DNA of 64,000 nt. Source: an uncultured Candidatus Saccharibacteria bacterium (GTDB taxonomy: Bacteria > Patescibacteriota > Minisyncoccia > Phycocordibacterales > XYD1-FULL-46-19). Both the position numbers and the translations under genes were made by a program. Position 1 is the first letter of the stretch, and each line of letters starts with the position of its first letter. The notes below the pieces were generated by a model. That model saw only the letters and a program-made list of their open reading frames with translations. It was not told where the DNA came from and did not search any database. The DNA lies in contig CAZEAY010000001.1 in NCBI GenBank assembly GCA_964510655.1, positions 164,944 through 228,943 of the forward strand. Direction: 5' to 3'. Shown piece after piece: positions 35,168 to 45,193 of this stretch.

Positions 35168-35521
35168 ATGACTACCAGAGAATATACAATTGATGCAGAA
35201 GGAAGAACACTAGGTCGGGTTGCCTCCGAGGTAGCCACCTTACTTTGTGGCAAAGATTCTCCTGATTATGCTCGCAACTTAGTTAGTGATGTAAAAGTAT
35301 CGGTCACTAATATTTCTAAAATTAAAGTCATCAATAATAAATTAGAGTCTCGTTATCACAAGCACTACACTGGTAATCCTGGCGGTTTACGTGTCCAAAC
35401 CAACGCCCAAATTGTTGCTAAAAAGGGATACAGTGAATTATTGCGCTTGGCGGTACATGGAATGTTGCCAGACAACAAATTGAAACCACTTATGCTTAAG
35501 AATTTAATTATTTCAGAATAA
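35168..35521 (+). CDS. rplM: 50S ribosomal protein L13
   Basis: DAEGRTLGRVASEVATLLCGK...LAVHGMLP. Confidence 0.85.
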   Translation: MTTREYTIDAEGRTLGRVASEVATLLCGKDSPDYARNLVSDVKVSVTNISKIKVINNKLESRYHKHYTGNPGGLRVQTNAQIVAKKGYSELLRLAVHGMLPDNKLKPLMLKNLIISE

Positions 35522-35522
35522 A

Positions 35523-35933
35523 ATGGCAACTACTACCGAAAAAAATCGCTATATTGAAGCCGTTGGACGTCGCAAGACCTCTACTGCTCGAGTTCGTTTA
35601 ACCAAGAGTACCAAAGATACTTTTGAAGTGAACGGTAAGACAATGAAAGAATACTTTCCAACCGCTGAAATGCAGTCGACCGTCGTTGAAGCTTTAAAGA
35701 AAACAAACCTAGAGGGAGTATTCGCTATTACTGCTAAGATTGTTGGTGGGGGAATTCACTCTCAAGCCGAAGCTTTACGCTTAGGTATTGCCCGCGCTTT
35801 GCAAACCAACGAACCAGAACTTCGCAAACCATTAAAAGTAGAAGGATTGCTTAGTCGCGACCCACGCGCCAAAGAGCGGCGCAAATTCGGTCTCAAAAAG
35901 GCCCGCAAGAGTCCTCAGTGGAGTAAACGTTAA
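35523..35933 (+). CDS. rpsI: 30S ribosomal protein S9
   Basis: YIEAVGRRKTSTARVRLTK...RDPRAKERRKFGLKKARKSPQWSKR. Confidence 0.9.
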   Translation: MATTTEKNRYIEAVGRRKTSTARVRLTKSTKDTFEVNGKTMKEYFPTAEMQSTVVEALKKTNLEGVFAITAKIVGGGIHSQAEALRLGIARALQTNEPELRKPLKVEGLLSRDPRAKERRKFGLKKARKSPQWSKR

Positions 35934-35936
35934 AAA

Positions 35937-35966
35937 TTAAAACCCCTAAATGGGGTTTTAATTTTT
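35937..35966 (+). terminator. intrinsic terminator
   Basis: aaaacccc-taaat-ggggtttt then AATTTTT. Confidence 0.75.
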
Positions 35967-36029
35967 AAGAAAAGTTATATAATTTATTATGATTTTGGGA
36001 ACCTAATATAATTAGTAAAACATCGCCTC

Positions 36030-37598
36030 ATGAATACTCAAACATATAATGAGATTGGTAGAGAAGTAGGAACAGAACTAAATAATTTTTTTGAACAATT
36101 TTGTGTTAAATATCCTGAATACCAAACCATAAAGAATGACTATTTAAGAAAAAAGACTCACTTAAACGGTCTTCAGTTTTATGCCGGTTTTATAAGTGGG
36201 AAAAGTAAAAATTGGGAAAATCACATCGAAGTTCCTATTGCTATAGAAATGGTGATGATTTGGGCTTACAAAACTAATCGCATTTTAGATAAAAAGCAAG
36301 ATGTTTGGGCTAAGGAGGAAAATTTGAAAAATACTGCACTAGAACACGATTTGATGCTCGCTTGTATTTATAGTCTTTTAGAATCATATTCTCAAAAAAA
36401 AATCAGTAAAAATGAAAGGATAAAAGATATAATTGGTCATTGTTTATCTCGCCTAGCTTATGGTTTTTGGATCGAACGAAGCATAAGTGTAAAGTATACA
36501 AAACTTGAAGAAATTCTTATTGACTGGGATCTTAAACATGTCGATAGAAATATAAATTTTAACCTCGTGTACGATTATGCTTCTATTGTGGGTTATGCTA
36601 TTTCAAGCGGCGACTTTTCAATAATTGATAAATATGAAAGAGAATTTGACCCACAGGAACGATTTTCCAATGCGGGACAGATAATCAATGATCTTGGTGA
36701 TTTCGGAAACGACATTGATAAACATGTGAAAGTATATCAGGACCTATTTTCTGACATCCGAAATGGAATTATTACTTTTCCCGTACATACACTTATAGGA
36801 GAAAAATTAGTTTTAAGAGCTTTAAAAATGCCCAACCTTACACGGACAAAATTTTGGCAGTGGAGGATGAGGAGGTTGATTGCAAGTAAGAACGTCAGTG
36901 CGGATGTTCTTCGCATTTCCGAAAAAGCTTATTATGCTCATAAAAATTTTTTTGAAAAGCATATCCCAAATTTGAACCCGCTCCTTTTGAGAACTTACGG
37001 TATGCTTATCAACAACAAATATTTTAACCAAAATATTATTAAAGAAGAAGGCAGTGTACTTAGGAGTCGCGTGGTGCTTTGCAGTAATTTGGGAAAGACA
37101 TTGGGAAATTACGATAAACTAGCAGCTCATAAGGAAGGTAAACTGCATAAAGCTTTTTCCATCCTTGTGTTTAATAAAAAGGGAGAACTTTTGATTCAGA
37201 AAAGGGCTGAGGGCAAATATCATTCGGGTGGTTTATGGGCAAACACTTGCTGTAGTCATTATATGGAATCAGAAAGTGTGGAAGTAACAATTCATAGACG
37301 TCTTGAAGAAGAAATGGGATTTGATTGTGATTTGAAGAAAAGATTCAGTTTTGTTTACAATCTCGATGTTGGAAATGGGATGAGAGAACATGAATTTGAT
37401 ACGGTTTTTGAGGGTGAGTACAACGGAGAAATAAACCCCAACCCCGATGAAGTTAGTGATGTGAAATGGATTTCAATCAAAGAACTGAGAAAGGATATTA
37501 CCACGTATCCAGAAAAATATGCAGAATGGTTTAAAAAAATAATTGAGAGAATGAACGGATCAAAGGCCTACTTTACCAAAAACATGAATCAAAATTAA
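36030..37598 (+). CDS. fusion: divergent trans-polyprenyl-synthase-like domain + type-1 isopentenyl-diphosphate isomerase
   Basis: N-terminal about 340 aa with NDLGDFGNDIDK (degenerate second Asp-rich motif) and NGIITFPV (GK.T.P-like), but no clear first DDxxD; C-terminus LHKAFSILVFNKKGELLIQKRAEGKYHSGGLWANTCCSHYMESE...EHEFD = IDI-1 (Nudix fold). Confidence 0.7.
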   Translation: MNTQTYNEIGREVGTELNNFFEQFCVKYPEYQTIKNDYLRKKTHLNGLQFYAGFISGKSKNWENHIEVPIAIEMVMIWAYKTNRILDKKQDVWAKEENLKNTALEHDLMLACIYSLLESYSQKKISKNERIKDIIGHCLSRLAYGFWIERSISVKYTKLEEILIDWDLKHVDRNINFNLVYDYASIVGYAISSGDFSIIDKYEREFDPQERFSNAGQIINDLGDFGNDIDKHVKVYQDLFSDIRNGIITFPVHTLIGEKLVLRALKMPNLTRTKFWQWRMRRLIASKNVSADVLRISEKAYYAHKNFFEKHIPNLNPLLLRTYGMLINNKYFNQNIIKEEGSVLRSRVVLCSNLGKTLGNYDKLAAHKEGKLHKAFSILVFNKKGELLIQKRAEGKYHSGGLWANTCCSHYMESESVEVTIHRRLEEEMGFDCDLKKRFSFVYNLDVGNGMREHEFDTVFEGEYNGEINPNPDEVSDVKWISIKELRKDITTYPEKYAEWFKKIIERMNGSKAYFTKNMNQN

Positions 37599-37643
37599 AT
37601 AGTTTCTGACATTAAGGGGCTTTGTTCGTTATAGAATAAATCA

Positions 37644-38357
37644 ATGAATGATCTCGCTAAACTTCTGAAGGAAACCAAATCTCTAGCTAATCCAATTCAT
37701 GCCAAAACTCTGTCTTGGTTTTTTAAAACTGGAAAAGGGGACTATGGTGAGGGTGATAAATTTCTAGGCTTGAAAGTTCCTGTTTGCCGAACGGTGGCTA
37801 AAAAATATATTTCTTTAGATTGGACTGATTTAGACAAACTTATCAGATCAAAATATCACGAGGAGCGTTTGATTGCCTTGCTTATTTTGGTGGAAAAATA
37901 TTCTAGAGCTACAGAAACTGAAAAAACTAAAATCTATAAGTTTTATCTAGCTCACACTAAGTGGATTGACAACTGGGATTTAGTTGATCTTTCTGCCCCT
38001 AAAATTGTCGGGGTCTATTTATTTAATCAAGATAAGAGACCTTCCACGCTATTTAAACTGGCAAAGTCGAAAAACCTTTGGGAGAAACGAATTGCTATTG
38101 TAGGAAGCTACTATTTTATTAAACAACATCATTATCAAACAACTCTAGATCTAGCTGAAATTCTTCTTAGGGATAAACACGACCTAATTCACAAAGCCGT
38201 TGGCTGGATGTTGCGCGAGGTCGGCAAAGAATCCATTACCACCCTCACACCATTTCTAAAAAAACATTACCAAAAGATGCCCCGCACCATGTTGCGTTAT
38301 TCTATTGAAAAATTTCCAGAAGAAGTTAGACAGGCTTATCTTGCTGGAACTATTTAA
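37644..38357 (+). CDS. DNA alkylation repair protein (AlkD/AlkC-like HEAT-repeat glycosylase)
   Basis: ANPIHAKTLSWFFKTGKGDYGEGDKFLGLKVPVCR...NWDLVDLSAPKIVG...WEKRIAIV. Confidence 0.75.
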   Translation: MNDLAKLLKETKSLANPIHAKTLSWFFKTGKGDYGEGDKFLGLKVPVCRTVAKKYISLDWTDLDKLIRSKYHEERLIALLILVEKYSRATETEKTKIYKFYLAHTKWIDNWDLVDLSAPKIVGVYLFNQDKRPSTLFKLAKSKNLWEKRIAIVGSYYFIKQHHYQTTLDLAEILLRDKHDLIHKAVGWMLREVGKESITTLTPFLKKHYQKMPRTMLRYSIEKFPEEVRQAYLAGTI

Positions 38358-38394
38358 CTTTTAAAGACAGTGTGCTAGTCTATATAAAGCTTAA

Positions 38395-38592
38395 ATGTTC
38401 TTAAGCGTGATCTATTCCAACGTGATGATGGAGGTTACTATGGTTACACTGGCAGACGGTACGGCGTGGTACAAGGTCGGAGACAATTGGTTCGAGGTGA
38501 ACCCCACCGAAGAAGCCCTGAGCGGCTTCAAACCTTCCGGCTGGTACGGATCCAGGCCTGGTCATCGTGAGATGAACTACATCACCAATTAA
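38395..38592 (+). CDS. GC-rich ORFan mini-gene
   Basis: GGAGGT SD before ATGGTTACA (MVTLADGTAWYKVGDNWFEV...); GC about 50%. Confidence 0.3.
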   Translation: MFLSVIYSNVMMEVTMVTLADGTAWYKVGDNWFEVNPTEEALSGFKPSGWYGSRPGHREMNYITN

Positions 38593-38610
38593 CGCTCCTT
38601 CGGCGAATCG

Positions 38611-38652
38611 TGCCGCCAATCGTCCTAGACGATTGGCGGCATTCTTGATTCT
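38611..38652 (+). terminator. intrinsic terminator
   Basis: tgccgccaatcgtc-ctag-acgattggcggca then TTCTTGATTCT. Confidence 0.75.
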
Positions 38653-38683
38653 CAAACCCTAAAAGGGTAAGCTATTAGTATCT

Positions 38684-39232
38684 ATGAATATTACCACCCC
38701 AAAAGATCATCTTTATCAATTAGATATACCAAGAAAAATGAACAAGAAAAACGTCATTATTTTAACTGTGGTAATTGTTGTTTTAATTGTAGTTGGTTAC
38801 TTTTTTGGTAATCAAAAAATTGCTCTGGCTCCCGCTACGAATTTAAAAAATAATTCTAAGGTAGCAACCGATAAGGCTGTCGTTACCACTTCATCATCTA
38901 AGATTACAATAGCAAATCAAATTCCCGGAGAGGTTGTGTTAGTAAGTGAGGTAATGATGAATGAAAATGGTTGGGTAGCCGTACATGACGATGTCGACGG
39001 TAAACCAGGTAACATTTTAGGCGCCTACTTCTTGAACGCTGGTACTTATAAAAATCAAATGGTCCCGCTTTTGCGTGGAGTAACCGATGACCATTCCTAT
39101 CTAGTAGTAATTCACAAAGACGACGGAGACAAAGTTTTTGACTATAAAATAGATACTCCTGTCACTAATACTAAGGGGGAAGTGGAGACCGCCAGCTTCA
39201 ATGTCGTAGCCGAAAGCCCTCGGGGAGAATAG
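38684..39232 (+). CDS. hypothetical exported protein
   Basis: N-terminal TM anchor then beta-rich domain. Confidence 0.45.
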   Translation: MNITTPKDHLYQLDIPRKMNKKNVIILTVVIVVLIVVGYFFGNQKIALAPATNLKNNSKVATDKAVVTTSSSKITIANQIPGEVVLVSEVMMNENGWVAVHDDVDGKPGNILGAYFLNAGTYKNQMVPLLRGVTDDHSYLVVIHKDDGDKVFDYKIDTPVTNTKGEVETASFNVVAESPRGE

Positions 39233-39439
39233 TTAAACTTCTAAGTTTTTAAAAAGGTCGGGCATTTTGACCGTTGTTTTTTAAACTGGACACTTGTTGT
39301 TGATTTTTTATTTTTATGTATTATAATTGGATATATAGTTATAAAATAAATTATTGGTTTTGACAACTAGACCAGTCCTTAACTATTTTTTAAAATATCT
39401 TTTGTATTTAATTACCAACCTTTATAACTCAAGCAAAAA

Positions 39440-40027
39440 ATGCCAAAAGATGACTTAAATAATGATCGTGAGTTTGAGGAAATCCCAGAAGAAGTATTTA
39501 TGGACGATGACGATGGAACGGCTTCTTCGGAAAAAATAAAAAAAATAAAAGCTGAATTAAAAGCCTGCCAAAAAGAAAAACAAGAATACCTCACTGGCTG
39601 GCAAAGAGCCAAAGCCGACTACTTGAACCTTAAAAAAGAAGAAGAGAGCCGAAGATCTGACATTCATAAATATGCCAAAGCTGATGTTTTAAATGATTTG
39701 ATTCGCTTAGCCGACAGTTTCGAAATGGCCTTTGCCAACAAAACAGCTTGGGAAAATGTTCCGGAAAATTGGCGAAAAGGGGTGGAGTATATTCATAGTC
39801 AATTGCTAATTGTTTTCCGAGATCACGGATTAGAAGAAATCAATCCATTGGGCGAAATATCCGACCCGGCCCGCGATGAAAGTGTTGGAATTATTGAATC
39901 AGAAAATCCTGAGGACGAAAATAAGGTCATGGAAGTCGTTAAAAAGGGTTACCGTCTAAACGACAAAATAATTAGACCAGCACAAGTTCGAATCGGAGCA
40001 TACCGATTCGAAAAATCGAAATCCTAA
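39440..40027 (+). CDS. grpE: nucleotide exchange factor GrpE
   Basis: coiled-coil N-terminus, RRSDIHKYAKADVLNDLIRLADSFEMA, C-terminal beta domain VVKKGYRLNDKIIRPAQVRIG. Confidence 0.85.
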   Translation: MPKDDLNNDREFEEIPEEVFMDDDDGTASSEKIKKIKAELKACQKEKQEYLTGWQRAKADYLNLKKEEESRRSDIHKYAKADVLNDLIRLADSFEMAFANKTAWENVPENWRKGVEYIHSQLLIVFRDHGLEEINPLGEISDPARDESVGIIESENPEDENKVMEVVKKGYRLNDKIIRPAQVRIGAYRFEKSKS

Positions 40028-40188
40028 GCACGAAATTCTAAACAATATCAAAATTATAATGAACAAAATTCAAAACAAAAGTATTTCATTTAAAACATTA
40101 AGATTTTGAGATTTGAATTTGTTTCGGATTTCGATATTCGAATTTAATATTAACAACAAAAATTATTAATTAAATTAACAAAAAACAT

Positions 40189-42105
40189 ATGGCAAAAATT
40201 CTTGGTATTGATTTAGGGACAACAAACTCCGCAATGGCTTATGTAGAAGGTGGTGAGCCAAAAATTGTGGAAAACAGTGAAGGTAATCGCACCACACCAT
40301 CAATTGTGGCCATTTCTAAGGCGGGTGAGCGCTTGGTGGGCCTTTTGGCAAAGCGTCAGGCTATCACCAACCCGCAAAACACCATCTATGGCGTCAAACG
40401 CATGATGGGGCACTCTTTCAACGATCCCAACGTTCAAAAAGATAAAGATTCTGTTCCTTTTGCAATTGAAGCCTCTGAAGACGGCGGGGTAAAAGTAAAA
40501 ATTTCTGATAAATCTTATCGTCCCGAAGAAATCTCGGCGATGATTCTTCAAAAACTGAAGCATGATGCCGAAGCTAAGTTGGGTGAAAAAATAGAAGAAG
40601 CGGTAATTACCGTTCCGGCCTATTTCGACGACTCTCAACGCAAAGCTACTAAAGATGCGGGTGAAATTGCCGGTTTCAAAGTTCGTCGTATTATCAACGA
40701 ACCAACCGCCGCCGCTTTAGCTTACGGTTTCAACAAGAAAAAAGATGAAAAAATTGCCGTCTACGACTTTGGTGGCGGAACCTTTGATATTTCCATTTTG
40801 GAAATCACTGGTGGCTCCGACGGTGAGCAATCGATCGAAGTAAAAGCGACCGATGGTGACTCACACATGGGCGGTGAAGATATCGACCAAGATATTATTC
40901 ACTTTATTGGTGACAAATTCTCTAAAGAAAACGGTATCGATATTCTAAAAGATGAATTAGCTCTACAACGACTAAAAGAAGCCGCCGAAAAAGCTAAACA
41001 CGAATTGTCTACTGTCTTAGAAACCGAAATAAATATTCCTTTTATCACTTCCAACCAAGACGGTCCAAAACACCTCTTGATCAAATTTACCCGCGCTGAA
41101 TTAGAAAACTTAGCTAACAAATATATCGAACGCTCTATCGAAATCAGTAAACGAGCTGTCGATGCTTCTGGATTTAAAATCGGTGATATAAATGAAGTGA
41201 TTTTAGTTGGTGGTCAAACTCGTATGCCAGCTATCCAAGAAGCGGTTAAAAAACTGTTTGGCAAAGAACCAAATCGCTCCATCAACCCCGATGAAGTAGT
41301 TGCTATCGGCGCTGCGATTCAAGGAGGTATTTTCCAAGGAGATGTAAAAGATGTTTTGCTTTTGGATGTCACCCCATTGTCTTTGGGTATCGAAACTTAT
41401 GGCGGTATTGCCACCAAACTGCTGGAAAAAAATACCACCATCCCAACCACTCGCTCTCAAGTCTTTTCCACCGCGGCCGATAACCAGACATCCGTCGAAA
41501 TTCACATCGTCCAGGGTGAACGCGAAATGGCTGCCGACAACAAAACTCTAGGTCGGTTTATTCTAGACGGCATTCCACCTTCACCTCGTGGCTTACCACA
41601 AATTGAAGTCTCTTTTGACTTGGATGCTAATGGAATTCTGTCTGTCAAAGCTAAGGACAAGCAGACAAACAAAGAACAATCGATTCGTATTGAGGCTAAG
41701 ACTAGTCTTTCAAAAGAAGATATCGAGCGAATGAAAAAAGATGCCGAACTTCACGCTGATGAAGATAAAAAGAAAAAAGAAATGGTAGAAATTCGCATTG
41801 GAGCTGATCAAATGATTTATACCGCCGAAAAATCACTCAAAGATGCTGAGGGCAAAATTTCTGACGAATTGAAGAATGCCGTTCAAGCTAAAATTGACGA
41901 AGTGAAAAAAGTGAAAGACGGCGAGGATCAAGAAGCAATTAAAAAGGCTTCCAGTGAACTATCGTCCGAAATGATGAAGATTGGCGAAGAAATGCAGAAA
42001 CAGGCTCAAGCCAACCCAGAGTCCAAACCAGAAGGTGAAGCCAAATCAGATGAAGGTAAAGACAAGCCAGAAGAAGGCACCGTGCACGAGGCAGAAGTGA
42101 AATAG
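40189..42105 (+). CDS. dnaK: chaperone DnaK (Hsp70)
   Basis: [41 protein letters not shown]. Confidence 0.97.
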   Translation: MAKILGIDLGTTNSAMAYVEGGEPKIVENSEGNRTTPSIVAISKAGERLVGLLAKRQAITNPQNTIYGVKRMMGHSFNDPNVQKDKDSVPFAIEASEDGGVKVKISDKSYRPEEISAMILQKLKHDAEAKLGEKIEEAVITVPAYFDDSQRKATKDAGEIAGFKVRRIINEPTAAALAYGFNKKKDEKIAVYDFGGGTFDISILEITGGSDGEQSIEVKATDGDSHMGGEDIDQDIIHFIGDKFSKENGIDILKDELALQRLKEAAEKAKHELSTVLETEINIPFITSNQDGPKHLLIKFTRAELENLANKYIERSIEISKRAVDASGFKIGDINEVILVGGQTRMPAIQEAVKKLFGKEPNRSINPDEVVAIGAAIQGGIFQGDVKDVLLLDVTPLSLGIETYGGIATKLLEKNTTIPTTRSQVFSTAADNQTSVEIHIVQGEREMAADNKTLGRFILDGIPPSPRGLPQIEVSFDLDANGILSVKAKDKQTNKEQSIRIEAKTSLSKEDIERMKKDAELHADEDKKKKEMVEIRIGADQMIYTAEKSLKDAEGKISDELKNAVQAKIDEVKKVKDGEDQEAIKKASSELSSEMMKIGEEMQKQAQANPESKPEGEAKSDEGKDKPEEGTVHEAEVK

Positions 42106-42232
42106 TTAAACATACAAATATACGAATTATACTAATCTACGAATGGCTACGAATTCGTCATTCCTTGAGTACGTAAAGTAAAATAAAAAACATTTGTAAT
42201 CATTCGTATTATTCGCATCATTCGCTGATTGG
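42106..42232. repeat. intergenic inverted-repeat element, copy B
   Basis: aaacatacaaatatacgaattatactaatctacgaatggctacgaat ... aatcattcgtattattcgcatcattcgctgatt; same architecture as 34684-34800. Confidence 0.7.
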
Positions 42233-42243
42233 TATATTTATTT

Positions 42244-43314
42244 ATGAAAAATTACTACGAAATCCTTGGACTACAGAAAGGTGCTTCCAAAGAGGAGGTT
42301 AAAAAGGCTTTCCATAAATTGGCGCACCAATATCACCCCGACAAAAAAGGGGGAAATGAGGCCAAATTCAAAGAAATCAACGAAGCCTACCAAATCCTCT
42401 CCGACGACCAGAAACGTGCCCAGTATGACAATTTTGGGTCTTACAACGGCTCTGCTGGGGCTGGTGGAGGCTTTAATGCTGGCGGTTTTGACTTTTCCGG
42501 TTTTACCGGTGGCAATGGCCAGGGTTTTGAGTTTGATTTAGGTGATATCTTTGGTGACATTTTTGGTGGTCGAGGAGGTGCTCGCGGTCAAAAACGCGGT
42601 CGGGATATTTCGGTAGATATTCAAATTTCATTTGCCGACGCCATCTTCGGAATTGAACGAAAAATTGCAATTAATAAAATTAGTAGCTGTGACACCTGTA
42701 CTGGTACTGGCGCCGAACCGCATACCTCACTAAAAACTTGTCCAACTTGTAAGGGTGAAGGGGCAATCAGAGAAAACAAACGCACTATGTTTGGAACTTT
42801 TGCTTCCACTCGCGAATGTATTACCTGCCACGGTCAAGGACAAATCCCTGAGAAAAAATGTCACACTTGTGGTGGTGACGGAGTACTTAAGAAAAATGAA
42901 GAAATCAAAGTCACTATTCCAGCCGGAATTGAAAGCGGCCAAATGATCAGACTTTCTGGTCGGGGCGAAGCGATTCCTCATGGCTTACCAGGTGATTTGT
43001 ATGTAAAAATTTATGTCGAAAGAGACGCTGTTTTCCATCGCAACAATCAAAATATTGAGATGGATCTGGAAATCAAACTGACAGAAGGACTATTGGGCGG
43101 TGAGAGGGAGATAAAAACACTAGACGGCAATTTAAAACTGAAAATTCCGGCTGGCATTTCTTCTGGCGAAATTTTACGTGTTCGGGATAAGGGTGTCCCT
43201 AGTCGGGGAGGCAAACGCGGAGATTTAATGATAAAAGTAATTATCAAAACTCCCGCCAAACTTTCCAAACAAGCCAGAAAATTAATCGATGAATTAAAGG
43301 AAGAGGGGTTATAA
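42244..43314 (+). CDS. dnaJ: chaperone DnaJ
   Basis: J-domain [34 protein letters not shown] region, four CxxCxGxG repeats; ATG at 42244 (track start is an upstream TTG). Confidence 0.95.
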   Translation: MKNYYEILGLQKGASKEEVKKAFHKLAHQYHPDKKGGNEAKFKEINEAYQILSDDQKRAQYDNFGSYNGSAGAGGGFNAGGFDFSGFTGGNGQGFEFDLGDIFGDIFGGRGGARGQKRGRDISVDIQISFADAIFGIERKIAINKISSCDTCTGTGAEPHTSLKTCPTCKGEGAIRENKRTMFGTFASTRECITCHGQGQIPEKKCHTCGGDGVLKKNEEIKVTIPAGIESGQMIRLSGRGEAIPHGLPGDLYVKIYVERDAVFHRNNQNIEMDLEIKLTEGLLGGEREIKTLDGNLKLKIPAGISSGEILRVRDKGVPSRGGKRGDLMIKVIIKTPAKLSKQARKLIDELKEEGL

Positions 43315-43337
43315 AGATTATGATAGGTTAAGATTTA

Positions 43338-43367
43338 TTGACATTTTTTTATTTTAATATATAAAAT
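43338..43367 (+). promoter_or_regulatory. sigma70 promoter TTGACA-18-TAAAAT for the 43436 cassette
   Basis: ttaTTGACAtttttttattttaatataTAAAATaag. Confidence 0.5.
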
Positions 43368-43435
43368 AAGTAGATAGTTTCTATCTCATCTCGTTGTTTA
43401 TCCAACGACATGATTAAGAGGTTAAAGGTGAAACC

Positions 43436-43687
43436 ATGAAGCAGGAACATGCAAATGGGAAAACCTTCAAGCCTGACGATCGGGGTAGGGGGGTAGACGA
43501 AGATGGATTCGCCGTCTCCTCGGTAACCTTCATCACGAACATCAGAACCTGTGTTTCAGTGAACACGGGCGGAGAGATGATTCGTGTAAGGGGAACCAAC
43601 GACAAAACCCTGAATGAACTGTCATTCACCCGCGAAGAGTGGGCAGCGTTCATTGCTGGTGTCAAACTCGGCGAGTTCGACATTTGA
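43436..43687 (+). CDS. DUF397-like small protein (GC-rich cassette)
   Basis: C-terminus CVSVNTGGEMIRVRGTNDKTLNELSFTREEWAAFIAGVKLGEFD closely resembles the actinobacterial DUF397 C-terminal pattern (...CVEVA...VRDS.DP....L.FT..EW.AF..G.K.GEFD); AAAGGTGA SD. Confidence 0.5.
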   Translation: MKQEHANGKTFKPDDRGRGVDEDGFAVSSVTFITNIRTCVSVNTGGEMIRVRGTNDKTLNELSFTREEWAAFIAGVKLGEFDI

Positions 43688-43702
43688 ACCACACCCCAAA
43701 AA

Positions 43703-43740
43703 CCCCACAGTTTGACTCAAAAGGCTGTGGGGTTTACTTT
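43703..43740 (+). terminator. intrinsic terminator
   Basis: ccccacag...ctgtgggg stem then TTTACTTT. Confidence 0.7.
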
Positions 43741-43746
43741 ATATAT

Positions 43747-44508
43747 ATGAAAATTAAAAGTGCCACAAAGAAAGGAAGTTTACTTTATGCAGACTTAAGC
43801 CAACCAACCAAAGGCAATTCACAACTACTCATACCAATGAGTGGCTTTTCTGGTGGTTTGGACTTTGAGTTATTTAAATGTATAAAAGAAAAATTTCCAG
43901 ATGATCATACCGACACTCTAACTATTAATTTTTGTGATGAGGAAAATAAAAAAGATTATCCCCACACCATGAAAACGGAGGATTATTCATTAGGCATCTA
44001 TTCACGAGAATTAAAAAATATCATTGATTTATTTATTAAAAAATATTCAAATATAGTGTTAATTGGCCACAGTTTCGGCGCAATCATTGGTATAAAATTT
44101 TTGACCAAATATCCTAAGTATCAGAAAAAAATAAACCTTGTTATCTGGGACCCCAGTCTCCTCCCTTGGGGAATTAAAACTACTGAAGAGAACTTTGCGT
44201 TTGATAAAAAAAATAAACTATACAAATTTAATTTTGCTGATTTTTATATCAATAAAAAATTTTATAAGGAACTCGCAAAATTTGATTCCGTAAAATACTT
44301 CGGTAAAATTAAGACGCCCACACTAATAGTCGCTGCAGAAAACAGCGCAGATAAAGATTCAAAAAAATATTTATCTCATTCTCTAGATAAAAAAAATTCC
44401 AAGTTAGTCATACTTAAAAACACCGACCATTTCTTTACTGGAAGCAAAACTCGAAAAATCCTCTTAAAAGAAACAGCTGATTTTATAAAAAGTTCGCAAA
44501 CCTATTAA
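43747..44508 (+). CDS. alpha/beta hydrolase (esterase/lipase-like)
   Basis: MKIKSATKKGSLLYADL..., nucleophile elbow VLIGHSFGAI; track start 43639 is a spurious extension overlapping the previous gene. Confidence 0.6.
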   Translation: MKIKSATKKGSLLYADLSQPTKGNSQLLIPMSGFSGGLDFELFKCIKEKFPDDHTDTLTINFCDEENKKDYPHTMKTEDYSLGIYSRELKNIIDLFIKKYSNIVLIGHSFGAIIGIKFLTKYPKYQKKINLVIWDPSLLPWGIKTTEENFAFDKKNKLYKFNFADFYINKKFYKELAKFDSVKYFGKIKTPTLIVAAENSADKDSKKYLSHSLDKKNSKLVILKNTDHFFTGSKTRKILLKETADFIKSSQTY

Positions 44509-44545
44509 CAAATTGAAATAAGGGGGGTTATAAAAAATATTAATA

Positions 44546-44574
44546 TTGACAAAATAGTAATACGAAGTTACTAT
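44546..44574 (+). promoter_or_regulatory. sigma70 promoter TTGACA-17-TACTAT for the 44626 cassette
   Basis: TTGACAaaatagtaatacgaagtTACTAT. Confidence 0.55.
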
Positions 44575-44625
44575 CTGAAATAGACGTTCTTTAGAACGGT
44601 TCATTTTTAAGGAAGGTGAGGGACT

Positions 44626-45135
44626 ATGTTGGAGACTGAGGATCAGATCGCATTACGCGATCGTGTCAGAATTATACGATCTCTCGATTTGGAACCAATC
44701 AAGTATAAGTTGGTTCACTCGGAAGATAAAACCATAACCAGAGAAGAAGCGGATCTTTTGGAGACAAGATACAAGGATTTCCTTGTTCTTTGCCTCAAAT
44801 ATCCCGACACCAAGATCGTCCCAGATCGTGGTGTTGACAATTTCTGGCACACACATATCCTGGACACACGGAAATATGCGGAAGACTGTCAATGTGCTTT
44901 CGGACGCTTTCTCCACCACTTCCCCTATTTCGGAATGATGGGTGATGAAGACGCCGCAAACCTGCAGGACGCTTTCACTGAAACCCGGCGCCTGCTCGCA
45001 GAAGAATTTGGTGGACAATATCTGGACCACCAACAAGAATCCAGATCATCCGACTGTGATGCCCAGCAATGTGATCCGTCTGAGTGTCACAACTTCGCCA
45101 GTGCACGCCCAAGACCAACCTTTGCGGCCGCTTAA
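44626..45135 (+). CDS. DUF1399/GRDP-like Cys/His-motif protein (GC-rich cassette)
   Basis: DNFWHTHILDTRKYAEDCQCAFGRFLHHFPYFG resembles the W-H-T-H...Y..D...G..L.H core of glycine-rich-domain protein (DUF1399) families; GGAAGGTGAGG SD. Confidence 0.45.
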   Translation: MLETEDQIALRDRVRIIRSLDLEPIKYKLVHSEDKTITREEADLLETRYKDFLVLCLKYPDTKIVPDRGVDNFWHTHILDTRKYAEDCQCAFGRFLHHFPYFGMMGDEDAANLQDAFTETRRLLAEEFGGQYLDHQQESRSSDCDAQQCDPSECHNFASARPRPTFAAA

Positions 45136-45151
45136 AGCCGCAACAATCAAA

Positions 45152-45193
45152 CCCTGCCAATTTTGAAAGGAACTTTGGCAGGGTTTTTTATTT
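45152..45193 (+). terminator. intrinsic terminator
   Basis: ccctgccaa-ttttgaaaggaact-ttggcaggg then TTTTTTATTT. Confidence 0.75.

Noticed and set aside
34684-42232. A CRISPR array, considered for the repeated ctacgaatgg-containing elements
   Set aside because: There are only two full copies 7.4 kb apart, with internal inverted symmetry. There are no regularly spaced short direct repeats and no cas genes.
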